The position numbers were made by a program, and so were the translations under genes. A stretch of DNA of 64,000 bases. Source: Zygnema circumcarinatum SAG 698-1b. Its lineage: Eukaryota; Plantae; Zygnematophyceae. Each line of letters starts with the position of its first letter. Position 1 is the first letter of the stretch. Under the pieces are notes generated by a model, which was not told where the DNA came from, made no database searches, and saw only the letters and a program-made list of their open reading frames with translations. The stretch is taken from contig CM074806.1 in assembly GCA_037447605.1 (NCBI GenBank), positions 4,340,001-4,404,000 of the forward strand. The letters are read 5' to 3'. Below, piece by piece: positions 1 through 12,676 of the stretch.

Positions 1-51
1 ACTCCCACTCCCTCTCCCCCCCCTCCCCCTCGAACTTTTCTCCAAGTACAG

Positions 52-358
52 TTTGCGGAGCAAAGCGCCGTGAGCTTTAGTTCGAACGTTACTTTGGGAT
101 TTAATGTAAGCCAAGACTATGGGAATATGCCGTGTCTCCTCTGCAATGTCACCTGCTCGGTAAGCCTCAAACTATGGCCCTCGATTAAGTCAGCAGGGCT
201 GCTGCTACCTGTGGAGGGAGAGGTTTCACAAGGGGGTGTTTGCGGGTTTCCTATATTTGGCAATTTTGGTGATTCAGAAACTTGTACATTCAAAGATAGG
301 GATGTTTAGTTCAGTGTTAAGGGGATGCCTTTCCTGATTTTGAGCAATTTTTTTAATT

Positions 359-407
<49 letters not shown>

Positions 408-2719
408 GCTCTCTCTCTCTCGCCCTCTCTCTCTCAGGTGGACGGAGCGGAAGTTGCAAGCTGCAATAATGGGAGCATCTCTGTGGCGGGCCTCGAAGAA
501 GGGGCCCACAACTTCACCGTCTCCGCCTCTGTAGATTCTGCCTCAACCGTAGCTACAACCACCGTCCAAGTCGGTAAGTCGACAGTTCAAATGTATATAT
601 ATATATATGAGTTCATTTTTTATTTAAAAAAAAAAAATCATCTTTTGCAGCCTTACACTAACCTTCCGAGTCATTAATAAAAGATCGAGTAGCTTTAATT
701 ACTGCTGATTCTTATGGGTGAGGAATTTCTATGCAGTTCTTTCCAAGCCGACAGCCGCTCTCACACGCTCGAGTGTGGCCGACCCCCAAGTCCAAACCCT
801 TCTCGTGCAGATCGACTTCACCCGTGACTGTTTTGGGTTTAGCTGCAACTCAACGGCGAACTGCGGTCTCTATGTCACTGGTAACGGAACTGTCGTTCCG
901 TCATCGTTTACTGAACTAGTGGCACATAGAACATACAGCGTTCTCGTCAATTTCGACAACACGACCTACGGACGGGTCCGCACTGCAGTTGAAAGCGATG
1001 CCTGCGTTGATGAGTGGGGGCAGAGCTTTGAGTCTTCCAATTTCTCAAAGGCAGTCACCTTATTTGGTAGGGCCTTCTTCCTCGCTCTCCCTCCTTCCGT
1101 CTCCCTCCCCTCCTCCACCCTTCGGGGTTCCGTTCTCGACCTGTCTACCCCACCTCTCTTTTTACCTTCTCCCTTCCCTTCTCCCACCCCTTTTTATTTC
1201 CCCTCATCCCTCCCGACTGACCCCCTTCCGCCTCCCCCCCACCACTCTCTCCCTCCCCCTCTCACTCCCTCCTTTTCTCTCCTTCCCTCTTCCGTTTCAA
1301 ACCACCCTATCCCCTCTCTCCCCACTCCCAATCCCTCCCCCCCCGCCTTCCCGTCTCCCCCCCTCACTCTCTCTCCCCCTCCCACTCTCTCCCCCTCCCA
1401 CTCTCCCCCTCCCACTCTCCCCCTCCCACTCTCTCCCTCCCTCATTCTCTCGCCCCCTCCCACTCTCTCCCTCCCTCACTCTCTCTCCCCCTCCCACTCT
1501 CATTCCGCAGATCGCAGACCTGTACAGGCCTCCATTGACTCCCTCGCAAGGCGGCGCCATTTCGATGTCGGCGGGGCGCAATACTTCGGCGAGGCGGTCA
1601 ACCGCTCGGCGGACCTCCTCTTCGCGGTCCGATTCAACTCCTCTCTGGTCAACACCACCGACGAAGTGAAGTCGCAGATCAGCGTGACAGGTGGCACGCT
1701 CGCATTGAACGGCACTTCCGCAAAGAAGAACAGACGCTACATGTTTACGGTGAGAGCTCTCAACATTGTTCTCATGTCTTTTTTTGTCGTGCAAGTTTTT
1801 GTTGCGTTTTACGAATGCAACAATGAATGAATGCTCGAATGAATTTTTATTTTGGGATTTGAATGTGATTTTTTATGCAGGTCATTCCTGCAAGCAACCC
1901 CGCCATCATCAAAATCACTCTCCAAGGAGGGGCTTTGATGAGCAGCTTTGGGATCGTGCCTTCGGCAGCTACAAGCGACCCTGTATATTACGGTGAGAGG
2001 GGCTCTCTCTCTCTCCCCCCCTCTCCCTCTCCCACTCTCTACCTTCCCTGATCGCTTGGTCGCATAATTTATTTATTTATTTATTTATTTTTTTATTTTT
2101 AAATTTCCATATCCGGCTGCTGGTTTGCAGACGAACGGCCGTTCCATGTAACTCTAAGCACCAGCGTTCAGTCCAAGGTGAAGGATAAAATGGTCGGCAT
2201 AGAAATCCGTTTCAGCCAACCGGTCGACTCCTTCCCCCGTCGAGCCCTCTCTATACAGAATGGAAAATTGTCAAGGTACCGATCCTAAAAACAGTTCTCC
2301 TACTTCTCAAAAAAATAAATGTGAAGATGTTTAAATCACACATTTCAAGCAATTAATCAAAAGTTTTTTTAAGACGTTTGACAAAGGTAGAGCACTACTT
2401 TCTGTTTCTTCCTCTTCTGTTATGTTGCGCTTGGCCTGATGATGTTGCGGATGTCTCTGCAGGCTTGAGGCTGCGAGCACATCACTGTATGTCGCCACTG
2501 TCGCCATCAAGAAGGGCCGCACTGCCAACATCACTTTGCCCTTCGGAGCAGTTTACAACCTCGCGGGCAGCCCCAACATGGACTCCAACAGCCTAGTCAT
2601 AGAGAGATGTACGGCAGCCCTCTCAAAACCCCCAAAAATACTAAAAGGAAAAGGTTCTGAGTCCTACAACGCTTCAAAACAAACCCATCCACTTTTACCG
2701 CTTTTCTTAATGCTTATCG

Positions 2720-2771
<52 letters not shown>

Positions 2772-5700
2772 TCTCGCCCTCTCTCGTGGCGCTACAGATT
2801 CGGAGCAGACAAGCTCATTGGTGATGTCCTCCATCATCTCCGGCGGCCTCCTCGCCTCCATAACGGCGTCGGGAGTGCTCTCTCTCTCCATGGCAGCTCT
2901 CTCTACCGCCAATAACATTCCCCTCACCCCCATTCCAGCAAGGAACCTCTTGGTGAGCTTCTCTCTCTTCCTGATCCTCTCCCCCTCCTGCTCCTCCTTC
3001 CCTTCCTCTTACCTCCATCTTCCCTTGCTCTCTCCCTCCTCTCTGTCACTCCTTCCACACTTACCCACCTCTCCCTCCCCCTCTCCCTTCCTCTTACCTC
3101 CATCTTCCCTTGCTCTCTCCCTCCTCTCTGTCTCTCCTTCCGCACTTACCCACCTCTACCTCCCCCTCTCCCTTCCCCACTCCCTCTCCTCCCGCTCCTC
3201 CCTCACCCTCTCCTCCCACACACCCACTCACAACTGGGCTGGTGGGCTTTTTTCGCAGGGTCTAGCTAGCCATGTACAGGTTTTTGCTTTCTCTGATTGG
3301 CTCGGAGTTCAACTACCCACAGTTTACCGTGAAACAATTCGCGGTTTACGGTGGACTATCCCACATGTGTCCCTTCCCTGGGAGAAGAGCGAGCCTGCTA
3401 TTTCCCTCCCTCCCACCTCCACCGCAGAAGGGGCTTCTATCTACTATGCCGGTCGCCATCTCCTTTCAGAAGGGCCTTTGGCCGCCATGGATTCCTTCAA
3501 ACAGCTCATTGAGATGCCGTTAGCAAAGAGGACTTTGAGCGAAGGTTCGGAGAACGTGGTAGATTCAGCATTCTCGGGATGCCTCGTCCTTAGAAAAGAT
3601 GGACAGGACGATTTTGGATGTGATAAAGATGATGAGTATATGGAGATGGCACCAAGGAGGGTGCTTCAAGAGGGGTTGGTGCTCACGGAGGAGGTCATTC
3701 AAACCTGGTTTCTGGTGAGTAGTGGAATGAAGAGAAGTGACAGAATTTGAGGTTGCAATTTATAAGTTCGGTTATGATTTTTCATTTTAAATTTAGTTTT
3801 TTTATGTTCTGATTTGACAAGGAGGGTTTGACGGGAATGCAGACGGAAACCGACGTCGATGAAGATGTGAGGAAGACGATTTTGGGGAAGCAGTACGCGA
3901 CCGGCACAATGTAAGGGTCCCTCGCTAATCACCCCTCAATTACTTGAGCAAATTTAATCCATCCCCCAACCCATCCACGACGCAAGATACCGCCTTTAAT
4001 CCCACTCTTTCCCCCTCAAACAGCTGACGACAGTCACTCTCATCCACTTTCACTACCCATTCCTCCACCAAACTCGGTTTGCCCAAACCCTCTCTCTCTA
4101 AATGTATATATACTACCTCTAAAACACACCCCTCTCCCCCATGCTGCCTCCCCAGGTGGCACGCTGCGGCGAGAAACCTCTTCTGGGTGGCTCTCATAGC
4201 GGGCGGCCTCCTCCTCCTCCGCTCCCTCGTCTCTCTCTCTCTCTCCCTCTCCCGGTGGCGGAGGGGAGGTGCGGAGAGCGGCGCGGCGGCCCACCCGCTG
4301 AGCGCGGGACGGCTCGAACTCTTTCTGCTGCTCGCGGCCACTCCCGCAGTCTGCCAGGCCTGCGCCATGCTCATCCGAGGTGAGGAGAGGGAGAGGGAGA
4401 GGGAGAGGGAAGTTAGAAGGAGGGAGAGAAGGAGGGAGGGAAGAGGAGGGAGAGAGAGGGAGGGAGAGGGAGAGGGAGGGGAAGGAGAGGAAGAGGGAGA
4501 GAGGGAGGGAGGGAAGGGGAGGGAAGGAGGGAGGGAGGGAGAGAGAGAGGGAAGGGGAGGGGGAGGGAGGGAAGGAGAGGAAGAGGGAGAGAGGGAGGGA
4601 AGAAGAGTGAGGGGTGAGGAGGGCGGGGGGGAGTTGGGAGGGCGAGAAAGGTGAGGGGTGGGGGCGGAGAAGAGGGAGAGGGGAGAATGCGGGACGGTGA
4701 GGAGGGGAGGCAGAGGAGGGAGGAGGGAGGACGGGTCAAAGAAGGGGAGGGGGAACAGGGAAGGTAAGGGGAGAGAGGTGAAGGGCGGGTTTTGCTGATT
4801 TGGAACGAGCTCTCTGGAGAGGAGAAGGAGAGTGATGGGTGAGTGTGGGAGAGAGAGAGCTGAACCTGTCTGCTCCACACGTGCGGGGGCAGGCGGCAGC
4901 ACGGGCGGTCTGTGGCTGGGCATTGTCCTCCTCATCAACGTGCCCGGAACACTTCTCTATGGCTCCGCCGGCTTCCTCATATACAACCTCATTATGCGCC
5001 ACAAGGTCGTTTTCAAGGTACATTGTCCCTCCCTCTCTCTCTTCCATCCCCTCCATACCTCCTCCCCTCGCTACTCTTTAAAACTCTCCTGGAAAAGTGA
5101 CCCAATACGCCGCTAGTTCTCTCCTGCATGACCCATCTTTCTTACTCTCTCTCTCTCTCTCTCTCTCTCAAATAGTCTCTCTAACATTACGAGTTTGTTC
5201 CCTCCTTTGCACGCATTCCAGGAGCCTGTTCGCGATGTCGAATCTATCTCTCTCCCGCAAGAGTCGGCCGGCCCGTTTCCATGCTTGCCGGCTCCGTTCA
5301 GTTGCCTGGTGGGCAGACAGACCAGTGCCAGGTGGCAGGCTGAGACGGATGCAGTCACCCCCAAAACCCTAATCATGGGGCGATGGGGGCTTCTCTTTGA
5401 GAGTCGGAGAGGGAGCGAGGCACGGAGGGGGACTCCCATCACCGCCGCCGTACGGAGAGTCAGTTTGGTTCGGGAGGGTGACAATGTCCGCCAGGTGCAC
5501 TTCTTTAACCTTCTAAATTCTCACAAAGGAAAAAAAAAAAAAAATCTGAATTTGTCCAAAGTTTAGGAGGGATCGGCAAACGGAGGGGACGGGAATACAA
5601 GGGAACCCAGATTTCCAATAAATATTTATGTTTTAAAGCATTTTTCAAAGAGGGTGGAAATTTGAGACTGAGATCATTCTTCTTTCTGATGATGAATGCA

Positions 5701-5849
5701 GGTGATAGAGGAAGAGCTGGGAGTTGGGCAGAGGGGCACTGTTATGGGCACAGCCCAAAGCCTTTATCTCCTCGTGGAAATTGGAAACCGCATAGTGCTT
5801 GGACTGCTGATGGGAGTGGTCGGCAGAGGGTCGAGTGACTGGACGCAGG

Positions 5850-5917
<68 letters not shown>

Positions 5918-7479
5918 CCTCTCTCTCTCCCTCTCCCTCTCCCTCTCCCTCTTTCTCTCACTTGTTCTTTCTCTCTATTGTTTCTTCTCTCTGTTCTTTC
6001 TCTGTATACATCCAAGCAAATCCAAATCTGATTATTAAGTAAGATGTGTTCGATTTAATTGTGCTGCAGGTGTCCATTCTCATCGGCTCTACCGGGGTCG
6101 TCTCCCTCTACCTCCTTCTCGTCAAGCCCTTCATCAGCCGCGGAGTGCAGCTCGCAGAAACAATCTCCTTCCTTTGCGAGTTGGGGTTGTACGGATGTGC
6201 ATTTGCCCTTCTGGGAAAAGAAGGCTCCGAATCAGCCCTCGGTATTGCGATGTTATCCCTCCTCTTCCTCAGCTTCACTGTACAGATTCTTGCCCTATGG
6301 TACGGTTTTTACCGCCAAGTAAAGCTGCTCTCCGACCCCTCTACCTCTCCCTCCTTTGTGGGAGGACTACCTTTAATAGGGAAGGGACTGTTGATGCTCC
6401 TCCCCTTTTGGCCTCTGCCGGAAAACGACAATTCATGGAGGGAGGGAGAATTGTCGGCTAGCAGCAAGGGTGAGAGTGCGAAAACGGAGAGTAATAACAC
6501 GGAAACTAATAAGACCGAAAGTAACAAGACTGAGAGTTACGTGGAAAGTACAAGGACGGATAGTAAAACAGGAAGCGCAGATTCGGGAGGGCATACAGAC
6601 TCGGCTATCATAGTGAAAGAGCGAGAGGGAGAAGGGGGTCCATTGGAGTCTAGCATAGCAGTGGGAGAGGGAGGGACAGAAGGAGAGGCTACTCCGGGAG
6701 GAGAGTCGAAAAGGAGACGAATTTGGGGGGCTTTCTTTAGTAAGAAGTATTCGAAGAGTTTTGGGGAGCAGCAAGAATCTGCTAAAGCTGCTTCAGTTGG
6801 GAAAGGTGAGGAGGAAGACGGAGAGATATCCTCTCAAGCCAACGTAGAGGGAGGAGAAGTGGAGGAAGCCCCTCGGCCCACTGTGGCAATTTACCCCCCT
6901 GTGAAGGGAGAGGAAAAATCAGCAAAGGGGGGATGGGGAATGGGACTGCTTCTCTCAAGGAGTGGGAAGCACACTGCTCCTCCCACAACGGTAGAGAGTG
7001 CGGAAGAGGGGGAGGCAGCAAAGTTAGGAGATGAGTTTAAGGCAGTTCCGCTGGATACGCCTCCTCAGAAGGGTGAGGGAGAGGGGAGTGAGCAAGCTGT
7101 GGGAGAGGGGGAGAAGGCGGCAAGCAATGGCAGCAGGAGGGGGTTTTCAGCCATGGCGGCATCTGTGATGGGACGTCTCTCTTTCCGTGGTGAGACTGGT
7201 AGGAAGTTCGATAAGGAGGAGGAGGAGGAGAAGGAGGAGAAGGAGGAGAAGGTGGAGAAGGAGGACAAGGAGGAGAAGGATGCAGGAGAGGATGTGGGCG
7301 GAGAAGAGAAGGAGATGGTTACTCCTGAGAAGTTGGGCTCCGGCGGCATGGCTGCCAAGGGAGAGGAGAGGGAGAAGGAGGAGGGGGAGGATAGCAATCC
7401 TCTGAGGGAGTCTACCGCAAGCAGCGCTCCGAGCATCACCTCTCCTTCAAAGTCTGCCGGAGAGTCCGTCGCTTCCTAA
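52..7479 (+). CDS. Multi-exon Ig-like extracellular / multi-pass membrane protein (At3g48200-like, TRP/polycystin-like TM region); 5' end probably upstream of the window
   Basis: GT-AG exons read by eye: ~52-159, 438-573, 737-1066, 1511-1749, 1881-1992, 2131-2275, 2463-2608, 2798-2952, 3259-3714, ~3819-3911 and ~4024-4073 (uncertain), 4156-4379, ~4892-5017, ~5222-5494, ~5702-5848, 6070-7479. Peptides GFSCNSTANCGLYVTGNGTVVPSSF, SHVQVFAFSDWLGVQLPTVYRETIRGLRWTIPHVSLPWE, RLELFLLLAATPAVCQA and KPFISRGVQLAETIS match my recollection of the conserved plant At3g48200 family. Confidence 0.8.
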
Positions 7480-8660
7480 ATTTACTTCTACTCTTCGTAC
7501 CTTTCGGCGTTCTTTACTCTTCGTAATCTAAAGAGCGATACAGAGCAGGTAATATAAGGAGATAAATAGGACAGGAATAGGCTGCTTGTGTGGTATTTGT
7601 GTGCATTTGCTATTCAGGTGTAGGTGCTTTCCGTTTTCCAATTTCATTTGTAGAAAATCAGATTAAATCAGATTTTTAAGATTAGATTGTGGATACGGTT
7701 CGAGTTTCGTTGGCTAGGAGGACAGAAAACTGGCTGGATAGGTAGAAAATGGAAGGAAGGAAAAGGAAGGAAGGAGCATCACCTCCCCTCATTCAAAGTC
7801 TGCCGGAGAGTCCGTCGCTTCCTAAAATTACTTCTACTCGTCGTACCTTTCGGCGTACTTTACGCTCTTAATCTAAAGCGATACAGGTAATATAGCAGGT
7901 AATATAGGGAGATAGATAGGACAGAGAGGGGAAGGGGAGAAGGAGAGAAACATTCGAGGAGAAGAAACCTCGATGTCTCATGTTTAAAGCTCCTTCATAA
8001 CGAAAGCTAATTTCCTGATTTCACTGATGTTCCCACTACACCTCAAAAAAAAAGTTTGTCTTAGACTCATCTTCCATCTCCCTCTCCACCCCCGTCCCCT
8101 CCCCTCTCTCTCCTTCCACCCCCCCCCTCCTTAGCAATCTTCCGCGGGATTCTACAGCAAGCAGCGCTCCGAGCATCACCTCCCCTTCAAAGTCAGCCGG
8201 AGAGTCCGTCGCTTCCTAAATTGACTTTTTCTCTTCGTACCACCTTTCGTTGTTCTGTACTCTCTTAATCTAGAGTGATACAGAGCAAGTAATATAAGGA
8301 GATAAATAGGACAGGAATAGGCTGCTTGTGGTATTCGTGAAGTCAGGTGCGTTCCATTTTCCACTTTCATTTGTAAAAATTCAGATTAAAATCAGATTTT
8401 TACAATTACATTGTGGATACGGTTCAAGTTTTGTTGGATAGGACAGAAGACTGGCTGGATAGGTAGAAAAAGGAAGGAGGGAGAGGAAGGGGAGAAGGAG
8501 AGACAAACAGTCGAGGCTCTTTTTTAAAGCTTCTCCATTAACGAAAACTAGTTTCCTGATTTCACTGATGTTCCCACTACACCTCGAAAAAAAAGTTCTT
8601 AGACTCAGCTTCCATCTCCCTCTCCACCCCCATCCCCTCCTCTCTCTCCTTCTCTCCCCC
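7392..8660 (+). repeat. Three diverged tandem copies of the last codons plus 3' flank of gene 1
   Basis: AGCATCACCTC...TCAAAGTC(T/A)GCCGGAGAGTCCGTCGCTTCCTAAA and downstream sequence recur at ~7392-7770, ~7775-8130 and ~8132-8660. Confidence 0.9.
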
Positions 8661-8991
8661 ACCCCCCCTCTCCCCCCCTACCTCCGTCCTCCGTCATGGA
8701 TATTTCCAGTACAAAATCTACCTTCAAAGTGCCAAACCAGTCACTTCTTTACAATCGGCCACTCCCAAGTACAATATTCACACTTCTGCATGTCCTGTTA
8801 GAGAGACTGTCTACCGCACCCCCCTCTCCCTCTCCTTCTCCCTAAGAACTCCTTCACATCACCTCACTTGACAGTCATTCTCTCCCACTCCATCTCCCTC
8901 GTCCCCCCTCTACCTCCCCCTCCCCTTTCCTCTCCCTCGTCCCCCCTCTACCTCCCCCTCCCCTTTCCTCTCCCTCTCCCTCTCCCTCTCC

Positions 8992-10014
8992 TCACTTGAC
9001 TGCTAACCTCTTCCTGGACTCGAAAAGATAGCTGACCACAACCACAACAGCAGTGGCCGCCAATCCGACGGCGCTCTGCAGGAGGACGGTCGAGGCGGGA
9101 GTAGCATCGCCTGCGGGAGAGGAAGAGGGAGAGGGAGAGGAGGAGGAGGGGCCCCAGAAAGCAGGAGAGGTGTCTTTGCAGCCGAGTTCAGACATCTTCT
9201 TGTGGGCTGCGGCGTAGTCCCTGAAGAAAGCTTCCTCATCCTGGAAAAAAAAAAGAGTTTTGTCTTTACTGTTACTCTTTGTCTAGCAAAATATAAGATG
9301 GATTTCTCTCCTAACAGTAAAGCTGATTGCAAGATAACTAAGGTTTTATGAGGGTTCCCTTCGCCCTAATCCTCCTGGGTTTCAAACAGTTTATTTGAGC
9401 CATAAAAATAAAAATTAGGGTACCATACTGGAACCCTAATTTTGCTCAAATGCAATACCTTGGCGTAGAGTTCAACCCACGGCTGAAAGTTCGCATCATT
9501 CATCAACGCCTTGTCTGTTGGCAGCTGAAGCAGACCCTCCGATTCTCCCTTTAGCAATTCCCTGCAGGATTAGTTGGCAGTCAACTGAATGTTACATGTG
9601 TTTCAGGAACACATGGAACGAGCAAAGACCCACATACAGGCTCGAATAATACTGCCTATTCTCAGGTAGCGTGCACACGCATAGAGCAGAACGTTTCATG
9701 GAATTGAAAATTAGGGTAAATACGCATGATTATGTGCATATTTCAAAGTACGGCTTGCACACAAGTGCCAATGCATATGGGTTCAAGGAGGAGAGCCTTC
9801 CAGAAGTTATTTTTTTAAGGCAATTCAAAAGCCTTTTGCGAAAGTTGAAAAATTTTGCGAGTGGGGATAGAGGGCTCACGAGAAGTAAGAGTTGTCAAAT
9901 TTGAGGGGGTTGGAAGTCCACTGCCCCTCAAATCCCGACCGCTCCCTATGGGCCCGGCCCTGAAAACATCACAAGTGTCGGAGACAAAGTTAACCAACAG
10001 AGAGAGAGGGGGGG

Positions 10015-10059
<45 letters not shown>

Positions 10060-11050
10060 GAAAGTTTCCCAAGTTCACACATGCCACCGCTCTAGAAAGA
10101 AGGAAGAGGAATCTGCAGAAGGCTTGGCAAGAAGGTTAATAGGACACCACAGCATTGCCCTCCCAACCGTACAGCACACAAACCCTAAATTCTCTGCCTA
10201 AACCCTCACGCTCACCAGCGTGTGGGAGCCCGAGAGCGCGACAATCTCCTGATCGGTAAAACCCATTCGATGGAAAATATCTCGCAAATGTGAAGCACCT
10301 GCACATGGATACAATGGCGGGTCTTTCGCAAGTCTAAGAACACAAAGTAAGATGAGAAATGATAAGCATATGCTCTTGGCAGTTCTAAGCACATCCAAAT
10401 GGATGTTCCCACAACTTTTGAGAGTTTATTTTCATCTGTACTGCCTCCTTCCACATACAGGTTTCACGTGTTTCCAAGTTTCAACAGCCCATAATTTACT
10501 TTGGCAGTAAAGAGATCGTTCTGCACAGACCTTTTGCCGCATCTGGAAGTCGACCATCCGGAGTAGTGGCCAAAGAATCCTGCATTGCTCACCTTCCTTA
10601 AACTCAGATAAAAGAGCAATGATCATAGAATAGTCGTTACTTATCTTAGTATTATTATCATTGAAAATTACAATCGTCGTTTTTTACGGTTTTTCAAGTT
10701 CCACACTAGATACCCCAACCACATTGACACATTCTTTAATGCCAATGCAAACAACTCATTTGAGTTTGCTCAAATTAGAGCATAGAAGTTCAAAAAATCA
10801 AGGGTATCTGAAGCTCTAAACATTCTCAATATTTGAAACACTTCCTTGCAAATGAAAAACAAAAGAAAGGGATTATTTTCCACAAATAAGTGAAATAGCA
10901 CAAACCTTACGTCCTGGAACAAATCCAACGACCGGCCCCCCAGTGACCTCCACCGCTACGACTCCCGCCAGCTGTATTTAAAAACCAATTGAAAACGATA
11001 TTCCATTGTAAGTAGACAAAGTACCGGGAAGACATCGACAGGATCTTTTC

Positions 11051-11109
<59 letters not shown>

Positions 11110-11877
11110 CTCGCAAGAAAGGGGGGCCCAGGGAGAGAGTACGGGGGAGAGGAAGGTAAGGGCAAATGAGGGAGAGAAAATGTGCATCTCGCCCCATAGT
11201 TAGTACCTGGTAGAGATCTGCATACGTTACGCGCGGGAATTTTCCTTTCACTGGCTCTGAAAACCTCACCCAGGGAAAGAAAAAGTTGGAAAAGAAAAGG
11301 GGGTCGAGTGGGGAAGAGTATACAATCTGCCCCGTTGTAGCCCCTAATTCAAAAGCGACGTTCAATACACGGAACTATCACTCATTCATTGCATGCTTAC
11401 ATGCATTTCTCTGACATGGTATAGATAGAATTAACGTCCACTTCAATTAAAAGTGAACTTTAAAATTTACCGAGCATGTCAATAGCAATCTTCATGCCGG
11501 CATTCCCGCCATGGACGAACTCGTTTTCGCTGCGAATCGACCCGTTGGGACCTCCAGTCCTCGTCTTGGCGTCATAAGTCCCGGCGTCATGAAACCTGAT
11601 TAAAACCAAAAAAAGAGCTAAGCATGACTGATTTTAAAAAAACGTGACGTGGGGTCTGGCTAGCAGGCCATCCATTTCACAATTCACCTACCTTTCAATA
11701 CTAAACCTAAAATTTCAAAACAAGTTAGGTTAGCGAGACTGCCCCCCGTTCCCCGGCAACTCACGCGAGCCGGAGCATGATGGGAGCACAGTTTTTCTCT
11801 GCGATGAGTGCTCGTAGCTCCCTCCGCGCACCCTCTATGGCCTTTAAGTAAGCTGCGTCCACACGGGGAGCCTCCAT
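8992..11877 (-). CDS. APX: Ascorbate peroxidase, membrane-bound peroxisomal (APX3-like) type, 9 exons, ~305 aa
   Basis: Exons 11877-11765, 11595-11471, 11256-11207, 10971-10906, 10579-10531, 10298-10216, 9959-9880, 9561-9459, 9240-8992 sum to 918 nt in frame. Motifs [50 protein letters not shown] and a C-terminal hydrophobic anchor followed by basic residues ([26 protein letters not shown]). Confidence 0.95.
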
Positions 11878-12676
11878 CTCTCACTTCCTTTAAGCGAACT
11901 GGGGTGGCAGAGATGGCAGAGGAAGAGACCGACCCAGAGAAAGAGAGATAGGGGGGGAGAGGGAGAGACAGACAGGGACCGTAGAAACGTAGTGGGGTAG
12001 TGAAAGCAGAGGGAGAGGCTGACCCAGAGAGAGAGGGGAGAGAGAGACGGAGGCAAATGGTAGAGAGGTTCTTTATGTTGGAGAGCGAGGGAGGCGGGGC
12101 TCCTGAGAGTTTATCTGGCGAGCGCTGACTGGGAAGTGGTCCCAATCCCGTTCCATCATCGCCCTTGGGCCAGAAACATCGCCAAGTGTGAACATGCACC
12201 AGAATTGTCGTTATCACAGCGCCGATTCCTCTCCCTTTCCATGCATCTACCCTCACTTTTCGAAAATTGTTGGACCTAATTCTTGTCTATGTTGGGGAAC
12301 ACCACCGTGGTTTCGCATTCGACGCAGCACTGAAGTAGGTACGGTAATTCGAGGCATTCTGTTGTGTTTTTTGCGTTCTAAAATTTAAGAAAATTTACAA
12401 CATTGATAAGTCAATTTTGCACAATAAGGCGCCCAGTGCAATGGCGAGGCAACTCAAGATCCAAAGATGGAACTCCACCGGCAGAGTCCGATCATCCAAC
12501 ATTCAGGTGCTTTTTTTTTTTTTTTCCTCAGTATGAAAAATGTCCAATAGCTTAATGGACAGAACGTGTCCAAATACAGAATAAAATTGGTCTACATTTT
12601 CGGATCGGTTTGATCTGAACAACTTCATCTCCCAGAAAGACAGATTCCTACACTGCAACCAATCCAGTCCCATAGA

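Noticed and set aside
11684-12256. 190-aa ORF upstream of and overlapping APX
   Set aside because: It runs through a CT-rich leader and APX exon 1 in another frame; no recognisable domain.
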